From: Oikopleura dioica
Taxonomy: Eukaryota > Animalia > Chordata
DNA: 64,000 nt
Reading direction: 5' to 3'
Assembly (NCBI GenBank): GCA_907165135.1
Contig: OU015567.1
Location: forward strand, 12,586,001 to 12,650,000
The first letter of the stretch is position 1. Every line of letters begins with the position of its first letter. The translations under genes and the position numbers were made by a program. Below, in pieces: positions 51,832 through 63,143 of the stretch. The notes under the pieces were generated by a model. That model saw only the letters and a program-made list of their open reading frames with translations. It did no database searches and had not been told where the DNA came from.

Positions 51832-54800
51832 ATGTCTTGGCACTTTGTTGAGCGTTGGCTCGAAAAGGCAAGTCAGCACGCAACACTCGTCGGAAAGTTC
51901 TGGCTCACCTTCCTCATCGTCTGTCGCATGGTCATCATTGCAAGCATTGGTAAGGCAATATTTGTTTTAGAAAGATTTTGAAGTTGAGCTCTGCATATTC
52001 ATTTTGGTTTTACAATTGTTTTCAACAATGTATTGATGTCCATGAATATTGGATGCAAATAATTTGGCCATTGCGAACCTCTGAGTCCGCGCTCATTGAA
52101 TTATGTATAAGACTTTTGGCGCAGGGCATGAAGGAAAAGGGCGAAAAAGTATAATTTTCTAATTAGGGAATCGTCACAACTTCCCGCCAAATGTTTTCTT
52201 TGCCGTGGCATAAGGCATTGATTTTTTTTTAAACAGACCGATATTTATATTTCGCTTTGATTATTTTTTAAAAAACAGGGGAACAATCCCTTCATAATCA
52301 ATTCGATTCAATCATATCAAATTAAATCAGCAACTGAGTCTTCTTATTAGCTGAATTTACAGTGTCAACCCATCAAAACATCATTACTCGTGTCGAGATT
52401 CCTCCGTCAAAGTCTCCTTTTGCGAATTAATAATGTTTATTTTCGGCGGGCGGGGCATAACTCCTTCTAAAGCATTGATTTCTGCAAAATTAATATCTCG
52501 GGATTAGAACCTGACTCTTTCTGAGCGAGGTCTGATCAAGCGCGAACGCTAAATTAAAATGCCCGGCGATGATTCGCTTTTAATTCCAACTTAAAGTGCC
52601 ACTTATTCCTCATTCAATGCTGGTTAATATTACCGGTTGGCGGAGCCGAGAGTAAATAATTAAAGAAATGGTCTATCAAACTCAAAAGATTTACCAATTT
52701 ATCAAAATCAGGTTTTTACTGTATTTGTAGGGAGTTATTATTCAATCCACAGAATTAACAGTACAAAGGAAAGCTTCCACGTGCATCTGTTTGATCTGAA
52801 TGGGCTTATCAAAAGCTTTAAAAATATTCATTATTCAACATTCTAAAAGTTTCTTTTTATTCAGGTGACAGAGTATACGCCGATGAACAGTCAGAATTCA
52901 AATGCAACACACAACAGCCTGGCTGCAACAATGTTTGTTTCAACTCCTTCAGTCCGATTTCTCATCTCAGGTTTGCGAGTCCCGAGCTCTTCCTTGATTT
53001 CAATGATGATTTTTACAGATTTTGGTCTTTTCAAATCCTTGCCTGCGCAATGCCTTCCATCATCTTCGTCATCTACTCGGGGCACAAGGCGCGCGAAAAG
53101 TCCAAGCTCGAGTCTGAAGCGAAAAAGCGCCAGAAGGAGCGAGCCCAGAGGCACCAAGAGCGCGGACCTACACAAGCCTCAGCCCCCTTCAGCACTAGCG
53201 GTATGTTGAAAATGACTACGGCTATCTAAGCTTACATAATTGATTGATTAAACCGAATAAGCGGGTGTTTTCACTGATTTAAGGAAAAAAAGGGAGGAGC
53301 TTTTTTTATTCATATTCAGGCAGTTATCAAAATTTAGGCGGAGAGAATCGCATCAAGAGTCCCAGCAATCTCAAGGACACCGCTACCCAGACCAACCAGT
53401 CGGACATTGTCGAAGATGTCAACGACGACGTCCGCGGGAGCACCCTCAAACGACAGCGTCGCACACCCCGCAGAGGTGGAAAAGGCTCGTCTGGAAAGCC
53501 CAGCGAGCCCGGCGCAGGAAGCGATGGTGAGAGCGACTCTGACAACGAAAACAGCCCACTTACAACGCAGCAACAGCAAAATACTGTGCTCGACATCGAC
53601 AAGGTACGAAACAAGTGACAGAAAGCCTCATTATCGAATCGATATTCTCAAACTAATCACGTGATAATCGATGGTTATGCAGCACAATTTAACACTAAGT
53701 TTTAATCACCAAAAATAATATAAGAAGGGTATTTTTGAAGAAGATTTTAAATTCAATCCAAAAATATTTCTATAAACCTTGTTAAAATTTAATTGGAATC
53801 GACTTAATTTGATAAAAAATTGATGACTTTTTTTTATAAATCAGTCCTCAAGCCTCTTAGTTTCACCAAGGCCTTATTCAAATTGGAAAGTTTCTTCACT
53901 TGACCTTTGCCGGTTTGAAAGTTGTCTGCAGTGACGTTGATTGACTGGAGGACTATACAGTCCCATGAAGTACTGTATCCGCTGTCTACTACTGTCTCAA
54001 TTAATATATTGAGCAGCATTGTATAGATAAATAATTCAGGGCGGTTAAGAAAGCATGCTCTTCATATTCAGACTCAGAACAATCCGATAATCAGATTGAC
54101 CGTATAAATTATATTATTACCGTTATAAAAGTCCAGCCAAAGTACAACTAAGCCGGTTAAAATCCTTTTGAGATCGTCATTTGCATAAAGCCTCTTAGAA
54201 GGCGCATGTCATCCAAAAAAGTATCGTGAAATAGGTCCCCAGGGCTGTTCATCTGATTAATTAGGCACATTATATGTTGCCTTACTACCCGGCGGCCATT
54301 TCAGGCGGGGAATAATCCGCTCCTCTCAAATCAACCTAGGCACTGTAAATTCCCTCAGTTCGATCTCTTCTTTATCAGATTTTAGGGGTACTCTTCCTTG
54401 ATTTCATTTTTCGACGACTTTCATCTTTGCCCATTCTGACATAAAATTAAAAAACGCATTTACAAGATTGAAAGCTCAGTATAATTCATCATTTACGAAT
54501 AATACGACAAAAAAAGAAGTTCTTTGACGTCTTATGACGAATTTCGTGAAGGCTAATCAAATAAAAGCGAAATCATATAAAGATGTCATCTTTATATATT
54601 TTCATGAATATTTTAGGAAAGAGATGAAAAATCTCAATTCCCCTAAATGTCAAAACCTTAATTAGCGCTGCGTGAGAATTTATGAGTTCGCTAAGGATCG
54701 ATTGAAACTTGCAATGAATGAATAATTATGGCCTTAATAATTATATCAATCGTAGCGATCAACTGCCGCTTCACTGCCTCCACTGTCGGGCTGCGGGGTC

Positions 54801-56301
54801 AAGAGTGTTGGCAGCACCGGCCCGCCGGAGAACGTGCTCGTCTGGCTGCCCTCTCAGCCGCCCAACCAAGTCAAACACCGAAAAGGCAATCAACCATCGA
54901 CACATGGCCAGGTAATTTCACTTCTCCAACTTTTCTTTTTCATAATCACCTGCGCGATCAGTGATCTTACTCTCATCTATAGAATGGCCATTTGCCAAAC
55001 GATCTTATGCCCATTGAATTACCTCCGTACTCAAATGAATACCTTCAAAACGCAGATGACTTTACCAAGGAATGTGTCCGGAATAGCAGACTGAAATGAA
55101 TATTAATAATATAATTAAATATTATATTATGCTTTTATTTTGAAGAAAAATTTCCTGGACCCTACTTGAAGCAGCATATTCATACCGCTCCAATAACACA
55201 TCGTGATCCTGAAATTACCAAAATAATCAAAAAACCAAATCGTCATTTTCGCCTCTATGTGGTAAGAATTCCAATGTTTATAAGCCCAACAGTACTTTTT
55301 AAAGCCCATAAAAGTATGAGATTAGGCAGGCAGACATAGACCGCGAAATCGGATTGCGGGAGTGGAAATTAGCCTCGAATGAATATTTCAGGTCTCTACC
55401 TTTGTGCGCCTGAACCTGGAGTTTGGGTTTCTTTACCTTCAATGGCATCTCTTTGGATTCGAGGTGCCCTCCACTTACAAATGTCGACAGAGTCCCTGCC
55501 CGAACGTCGTCGACTGTTTTCCTTCCCGTCCCCAGGAGAAAACCATCTTCCTCTACTTTATGTTCCTCTTCAGCATCCTCTGCTGCGTACTCAACGTTTG
55601 CGAGTTTCTAGAGCTCATTTGGAAGCTGCTCAAGCGCTGCGACTGCCAGTAAGAACACTCAAGTAAAAACAGCACCCTAACTGTGCTTTTTCAGACGGCT
55701 CAATTGCTGCGGCTGCCAGCAAAAATACCAACGACCAAGTGAGGCATCTAGACAGTACCTCCAAGCCGGTCCTCCACCCGCGCCATTTATCTTTGATGGT
55801 CCGAGGTATTTCTACTCTATTTCTACGTAGCCATTGATTTTTAATATACTTTTCTTAAGTGTGAGCAGGTTAGAAGGCAACTACGACGATGGCCATTACG
55901 ACAATCGTCCACTTCTAGGCGACAAACGACATAGATTTGTGAAACGCAGCGCGTCTGGGTTGAAATCGCCGACTTCCTCCGCCGCCCAAGAGAAATTGTT
56001 GCAAGACAAAGGGTAAGCAGCAAGTTTCTCTTAGAGAAATGAAATAGTAGAAGATAGACAGTTCACCAGGCACCGGTGATATTCTCTTTATAGATTAGTT
56101 AGAGAATATACTCGTCACCTTTTCACCACTACGCACTTTTTTACCAAAAAGACAGCTTGAAAATCACACGCACTTTTTTTAATACTTCACTATTACTGTA
56201 GTCAACGCGTAAGCCCGAGCAAGCAATGGAAGTACTGGAAAGGCACCGAGTCCGAACAAAATACTCAAGCCAATAATGAAAAGAGCACCAATTGGCTCTA
56301 G
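51832..56301 (+). CDS. Connexin (gap junction protein), multi-exon, long cytoplasmic loop
   Basis: MSWHFVERWLEKASQHATLVGKFWLTFLIVCRMVII, E1 [32 protein letters not shown], E2 YKCRQSPCPNVVDCFPSRPQEKTIFLYFM. The last exon is uncertain (about 56098 or 56301). Confidence 0.97.
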
Positions 56302-57315
56302 CCCTAGCCTTTCTGGTAGAGCTTGAACGGTATCATCTGTCGAATCATGTGATCAGCTCATTTTTGGCGAAATGATCTCGATAATCGTCTCCTTAGAAAA
56401 TAAAAAAAAACTTCATGCATGCTCAAAATGGCCCTCTAAAACACCAACTAAAGATCAAATGAAATATTTTAATCTCTGATATAGGCAGATGCATGAAAAA
56501 GCACAAATTTATGTTCATGAGCTTTAGGTAAGAGAAATCTAACTCTTTGCTAACTTATTTCATTTCCTGGAATTTGGAAAATCGAAATTCTAACCGCTAC
56601 CGCCCTCACTATTCAAATTGTTGTTGCGTTTTCTGTTTTGAAATTAACGAAGAAACACCCTTAACGAATGTCTAGATATCGTCGAAAAGCGCCGAAGCTG
56701 CCGTAACTGCGAGTCTAAAAAACGACGCTTACTGTAATGAACTGTACATGAATAGCATTCCTGGAAAACTTTCCTCCTCCGAATTAAACCGCCCGAGTGC
56801 CTCGACTTGCCCCAAAACGCATTTCTTCTTTCGGGGAATTAGGCTCTTGCAATTGAAAAATTTAGCAATTGACTCGGTATTTATTATAACTGTAATAAAG
56901 TAACATATTTGAAACATTTCAAGGTTGTTTATTTCAAAACTTGATTACCTTCACTTTTCGAAAAGCGAAGAAAGTGACGTGCCATAATATTAAGCCGCGT
57001 ATAATAAAATGTATTTCCGTGTGAAAATCATCATTCTGACATTTCCAATGCCTTTGATGAGATTGATTTATACGATTGACGTAGTTTTAATGTCTGATCT
57101 GGCTTCGTAAATGAAATTTCAAAATAGGTTCTCTTTGATCGTCTAACTAATACGACAGATTTATTACATCCATTCTAACCGCCGAAGGATAATGGCCTCA
57201 TTTATCTGGGTCGACAGATGAACTTGGCAAAATGTAAAACAAAAAGACCTGATTCTTTCAAAAATTAACAGGTTTATAGTGATTCTTGAGCCAGGCTTTT
57301 TATCGAGATCAAAAT

Positions 57316-58609
57316 TTATTCAGCGTAGAGAACAGAACTCCATTTTGTTGCTTGAAGGGCGGTTTCTCGATGTAAAAAATATTTCTATGAAAATTTAAAG
57401 TTTCCTTTTTACCAATGATTCGTCGGAGCAATCAGGTGCTTCTTCGATTTCGTATGCTCGAAGACATAAACCGGCATTTCCATCATTTGAGTTTGGGCTC
57501 ATCACGACAGGTCCCTGCACAAAAGTACCAATCTGATGAAATATTGAGTACGAATTTTAAAATGTTTTTCACCTCGAATTCCATGAGAAAACTTCCCTCT
57601 CCTATCACAGAAAGCTCATCTTGCCCGTCATAAACAGTCAGCCAGGGCTCACCAACAGTTGGATTCTTCAATATTCTAGCGTATAATCTTCCAAGGTCTG
57701 ATTGATGCTTCAAGAACGGCTTCGATTTGTATTTTACCGTCGAATATTACCTGATGAATGTTTTCTGCGCAAATCAGTTTTCTCGGATTAAGTTTCCAGC
57801 TTGGAATGCCCATCATGTCCACAAGATCAGCACCTGTCTCAAGGCGACTGAGGCTTGTTTCAAAAAACTCTCCAGGTTTTCCGATTCTTTGAGACCAGGG
57901 TTCGGTAATTTGAGCTCACGCTAAAACTCAAGGAAACAAAGCTTGAGACTCACGTTTTTTAATTTGAGTTTTGAGAACTCAGAGATGAGAAATCAATTCT
58001 GGCGATCCATGAGCCAATCAAGGAAGCGCTCGCTTAATTTGAGTTTTGAAAACTCAAAACTCTCAAATCTCCCAAAAACTCAAAACTCTCAAAATCTCAA
58101 ATCTTCTCAAAATGATTTCTCAAGTCACTTTGAGTTCTCAATTTGAGGAAATTTGAGCGTCTAGCCAAAATGAGTTTTAGCTTGAGCTCAAATTACCGAA
58201 CCCTGTTTGAGACATTCTTTGATAGAAAAAATCGAATGTGGATGATTTCTTGCAAGGAAACGGAATTATCTCCCGCAAGATTACCTTGAGGGAGATATCA
58301 TTTGCAATTATTTGCTTTTAATGATGTTTGATCAGCCCATCAAATAAAGGCTTTAGTAGGCGAGCCCACTAATCCCCCTTCCTTTCCTCGTTGATTTCAA
58401 TCCCGCGAACAATACCAAGTTTGCGTTTCCATCATGAAAGAGCCCGAAAGAAAAGAATTCCATGACGTAGCTGTAATTACCGGAGGTCCATTATGTATCG
58501 AAAATAAATACTCGATCCCTTTGAACATCATTGGCCAATGAGAAATTTCGTTTTCAATGATTGGATGAGAAAACTCAATAAAAGCGAGTCCGTTGATGCA
58601 GTCATTCAT
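57316..58609 (-). CDS. Unidentified multi-exon protein, interrupted by a MITE in a coding exon
   Basis: With the MITE and one TSD removed, the exons read QIIANDISLKVILREIIPFPCKKSSTFDFFYQRMSQRIGKPGEFFETSL..ENIHQ|PFLKHQSDLGRLYARILKNP..LMEFE|IGTFVQGPVV..DESL|KYFLHRETALQATKWSSVLYAE*, joined by GT-AG introns. Confidence 0.65.
57896..58205. mobile_element. hAT-like MITE (310 bp)
   Basis: Perfect 23-bp TIR CAGGGTTCGGTAATTTGAGCTCA; 8-bp TSD TTTGAGAC at 57888-95 and 58206-13; subterminal AAACTC/GAGTTT repeats. Confidence 0.95.
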
Positions 58610-58625
58610 CAGAGAATTCAGATTG

Positions 58626-60464
58626 ATGTCGAAGAAACTTCATTCTAAAGCGTGCACGGGAACTTATGCGAATACCAGCATTCGTCGAGGAGAAGTTCCA
58701 AGTGATAAAATTAGGAAAGAGCTCGTAAAATAATAAGAATAAATATTGAAATGAGTAGGCCTTGTTTTCTATGCCAAGAGCGATGTGAAATCTTGCCTCG
58801 ATCAGGGATGTAAATCACCACAACCACCCCACCACTGTGGTGGGGTGATTTTCCACCACCACCTTTTTTCAGTGGTGGTGGTGGGGTGATTTTTCACCAA
58901 CCACCATTTTAGTGGTGGTGGTGGGGTGATTTTTCACCACCACCCTTTTTGAGTGGTGGTGGTGGGGTGATTTTTCACCACTCAAATGGTGGTTGTGGGG
59001 TGGTAAAAACAGTGTTTTTTTTAGGTTGACCCTGACTTTGTCCCAACCGTGTTCAAAATCCTTATGTGGTAGCCCCATACATCTATACATTTCTGAAAGC
59101 CCAGACTCTACTGCGTTGCCTCGACTGGGTCTTGTGACCTTGGCGAGGTCATATGACCTCAAATGACCCCTTTGAAGAGAGGCCAAGCGGAAAATAGTCA
59201 ATTTTTAAGGAAAACTAGCATAAAATTGCTTGGATTCTAGTGTGGGCGGACACTGACATGATGCATGTTTAGAACCGCCAGATCACGGGGATCATTTAGA
59301 CTATTGATTATAAGGGGGTAGCTCATGCCCTGAGGCAAATTAAGGGGGTCGGAAAACCCGAGGGTCAACCTAAAAAAAACAGTGTTAAATCTATTGGCAA
59401 AATTATCTAAAAATATTCTCCAAAAGTGAAAATAATAAATAAAATCGTGATAGCGGTACTCGAAAAATGATACCTGGCCCTTTTTTATTGAAAAATAGGC
59501 TTTGATGATAAATTTATCACGTCGAAAATGGTTACTGTGGGGAAATTTTTCACCATTTTCAGTGGTGGTGGTGGGGTGATTTTTCACCATCACCATTTTC
59601 AGTGGTGGTGGTGGGGTGATTTTTTTCACCACCGACCACCCCACCATTTGGCTGTGGTGGGGTGAAAATGGTGGGGTGATTTACATCCCTGGCCTCGATA
59701 GTGTGAAATAATTCGAATTCTGAGCTCTAGAAAGCTTCGCCACTCCGTTTCCGAACTACCATCCGGTCGACTACACAGCTGATTTTGTCAAAAGTGGACC
59801 AGTCTGGGCAGATCCAGCCAACCCTAGTGTTTTAAAATTCAACACCATCGATGGCGCAACAGACCGGACTTCCTTCGTCGGATATTCTGTCGAGAACGGC
59901 TTTCCTCAGAATCCAATTGGCAGAACTGGAGTCACAGGTCGTGGCAATTTAGGAAAATGGGGTCCAAACCACGCTGCCGATCCAATTCTTTCTTCATGGA
60001 AGCGAGACGAGTGTGGAGAAAAGGTCTACGACCCGATTTCAAGACGACCGATTCTTCGATTTGTCGCGATTTTTAGAAAGAAAGACTCCGAATGGGCTAT
60101 TCCCGGAGGCATGTGCGACCCAGGCGAGAATATTTCGCAGACACTGAAGCGAGAATTTGCTGAAGAAGCACTAAACAGCAACGATTATCCAGAACGAAAA
60201 GAAATCGCCGAAAACATCTTCAAAAAAGGCATCAAAATTTACCAGGGATACGTCGACGATCCTCGAAATACCGACAACGCTTGGATGGAGACACAAGCCT
60301 ACAACTTCCACGACGAAATCGGGAAGCTCGACTTTGTCAAACTCGAAGCTGGAGATGATGCAGCAGCCGTCAAGTGGACTGATATTTCTTCCGATCTTGC
60401 GCTCTACGCTTCGCACAAGGATTTCATTGAAAAAGTCGCTAAATTACATGATGCTCATTGGTAA
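58626..60464 (+). CDS. NUDT9: ADP-ribose pyrophosphatase (Nudix)
   Basis: [26 protein letters not shown]|[98 protein letters not shown]. Confidence 0.97.
58803..59691. mobile_element. Non-autonomous hAT-like element (889 bp) in NUDT9 intron 1
   Basis: Perfect 17-bp TIR CAGGGATGTAAATCACC; 8-bp TSD GCCTCGAT at 58795-58802 and 59692-99; tandem subterminal GTGGTGGTGGGGTGATTTTTCACCA units. Confidence 0.95.
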
Positions 60465-60623
60465 ACCCTGCTCCTTTTCTCTCCTTTCATTCCTCAATAA
60501 TATCTTTCTGATTTATCCAGCGTAAAATAATGAAAACATTCATCATTTGTTTCAAGTGGCAGTTTATTTGATAATATGAACAGAACTTCTCATAATTATT
60601 TTTCAAGCAAGCAGTTTTTAAAT

Positions 60624-63143
60624 TCAAATTTCTGGTATGTAAGTTGCGCTAAATTCGTAAATTTCTTGAAGCTCTTCTAGTTGAATATCTTTGCTAGTCG
60701 ATTTGATTCCTTCGCGAGAGACGTAGATTTCTTCCAAGCTAGCCATTTTACCACAACAGCCTCCCAGAAACCAGAGCGAGTTTCCCACGGTGACGAGACT
60801 TGGGGAAACGCGAGGTGATCTCAGGTCGCCCACGGCCTTCCATGTCCTCGAGTTGATAGCCAGTTCCAAAACTCGTGTCGTTTGTGTACTCATACAGTGG
60901 CCAGAGACAAAGATCGTGTCGTCTATCCTCGTGGCGGCCACACCTTCTAGTGTCAATGGTAAAACAGGCCCTTTTGAAAAGCGCATTCGTTTGGTGTTCT
61001 TGTGGAAGGACAGTTTTTCTGTCGTACGGAGAATCTCTCCTTTGTCGCTTTTTCCTCCGATGATGTAAACAGCATTGTCGAAAGAAACTGCAGGAGCGTC
61101 GTATCGTCGGCTGAGCATCGTCGGTCCATTCTTCCACTGATTTCCGGAGAAAATGCCAAGGTATTCTGTCGAATCCAAAACTCCAGCAGCATTGCTTCCC
61201 GAGTTACCGCCAATGGCGAAGAGTCGGTCTGCAAAATTGACACATCCGAGTTTTGTCCTGAAAGAAAATGTTTACAAACGCCCATTGAAAATCATCTGCA
61301 CCTGGGAAACTGAAGGTCAGGCGCGTTACTCCATGATCGACCATGATTGAGGACAAAAACTTCTCGTCGAGGAAAGCCGACTCCAGCTGTACCACCGATG
61401 AGGAAGATTTGACCGTTGAAAGAACAACTGCAGTGTTGAATAAGAGGCGACGGCAGCGGGTCTGAATGTCAAAAATAAAAGAAATTAAAGACTTAAAGAT
61501 TTATGGCCTTCATTTTGATGTCCGTCTGAAAAATGAGCCTACCTAGTTCGGTGACAACAAAGTTTGGGCTGACCAGTCTGACTTGATCGAGTGCGACGCC
61601 ATGCCTTCTACCACCTGTCACGATCACACTTTTCGGCGTTGCGATTTCCAATGTCATCGTCCTCTCTATATCCGGCACTCGCTCAGCTAAAAAAGGCCAA
61701 ATGTTAACTTGAGTTTTCGAAAGATTCTCCGATCATTGATCTTGAAAGAGTGGAAAATCAGATGGACTATAAATATTATTCTTCTATTTTTGGTGACGAG
61801 AAAGTTGTTTTATTGCCGGATATAACTCGCGTGAATTGACCTAGTTCAAGGTGCGGTCGATAAACATAAATTACAAAAACGCTGAAGATGTCAGTTTGGT
61901 TTACGAAGCCGACACAGATGGGCACTAAGTTTCTCTTCTCAAATATAAATAGAAGAACTATTCATATTAGGAGCAATTTCGAAAACGCGAAAAGCACCAA
62001 ATCAAAACCAATTTTGATTCGAGTATCTGCTCATGCTTCAAGCAAGAGCTCACTCACTAGCCGAAGGCAACGTAAAATTCCTCGTGACTTCACTTGGCGA
62101 CGAACCTCTAAGATTCCGGCTAAAGTGGAGATTGCTTCCAGAGTTGTGACCATTAACTGTGATAACTTCGGGTTTAGGACGAGAGATAGAATTTCCTCCG
62201 CGAAGTTCGAAAAGTTCATCGTACAAGGCTTCGTTGCGCAGTTTGATTCGGTGGTTGTCTTGTTCCAAGATGTCAAATTTTGCTTGAAGAATTTGAAGAT
62301 CCATTGCCTTAAAAATGAATTCAAAAGGGAAGTATTTAGGGACTTCAAAGTGTCTGTAATTGAGACAGACATTTAGACGAAATGGAAATCGACCAAAAAA
62401 GACCTTATGACAGATCGTTTAGAGACTTGGAGTCTCAGAAGGTCGTGTGGGTTGTATTAAGGATCCTTAACCATTGATGATTGATGTCAGACCGGGCCAT
62501 AAGTCAGTGAAAGAGCGGCTCGTTAACATCAATAAGTGCATTGATAGTTACCTTTTGCTCGAGAAAGAAGAGACGAGTGTCGACGAGCGTTCGTTCTTCC
62601 CTGATGTGTTCGAACTCGCGAGTCATGTTTCTTCTCTCGCTTGAGAGCTGCAAAATTGTTGAGTCCAAATCACGGATTTTGAGCGAAGAAGAGTCCACCG
62701 CATTTTGAAGATTTTGAAGAATCTGACTCTAAAAAGAATTTAGAAATTAGGTCATTCGAGCATTTAGGTGTAGAGACGCGACAGGAAGCTATATCTCTTT
62801 TCTAGAGCGATTACCAGCAGTAACTTAAATGATTGACAGAGGGATTTTAACACTTTATAATTGGTGACAGGAACGAGAAAGGCGCCACGTTCATTTGAAA
62901 TTTATCACGTGTTTTTCCAACTAACTGGCGAAGAAAAAAGTGCGAGTGAGGAATGCGCATTCTTACTTGCTCTGACAGTTGTTTCCGAAGTTTTCTCAAT
63001 AATCGTGAAGATTTGTCCTGTTTTCCTTTGCTTTTTTCTCTTTCTTTTCTTCTACCTCTTTTCGTTTTTCTCTCAGTAAGACCAGGAATATCCGTGGCAA
63101 AAACGAGCTCTGCAATCAATAGAAAAGCTATCAACACTCTCAT
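60624..63143 (-). CDS. Signal peptide + coiled coil + Kelch-repeat protein (joining of the 5' and 3' halves inferred)
   Basis: MRVLIAFLLIAELVFA signal; heptad exons at 62504-62720 and 62058-62304; Kelch GG motifs VIVTGG, LFAIGG, WKNGPTMLSRR..AVYIIGG, WKAVGDLRSPR..LWFLGG. Confidence 0.7.

Noticed and set aside
55060-55150. GA donor at ACCAAG|GAATGT in the connexin loop
   Set aside because: Its phase does not match the next acceptor, so the junction is left unresolved.
58803-59647. His/Pro/Val-rich ORFs 58869..59201 and 59237..59647
   Set aside because: Translations of transposon subterminal repeats.
58803-59691. CRISPR-like array (repeated GTGGTGGTGGGGTGATTTTTCACCA)
   Set aside because: The units are near-tandem without unique spacers, no cas genes are present, the context is eukaryotic, and they lie inside TIR/TSD boundaries as transposon subterminal repeats.
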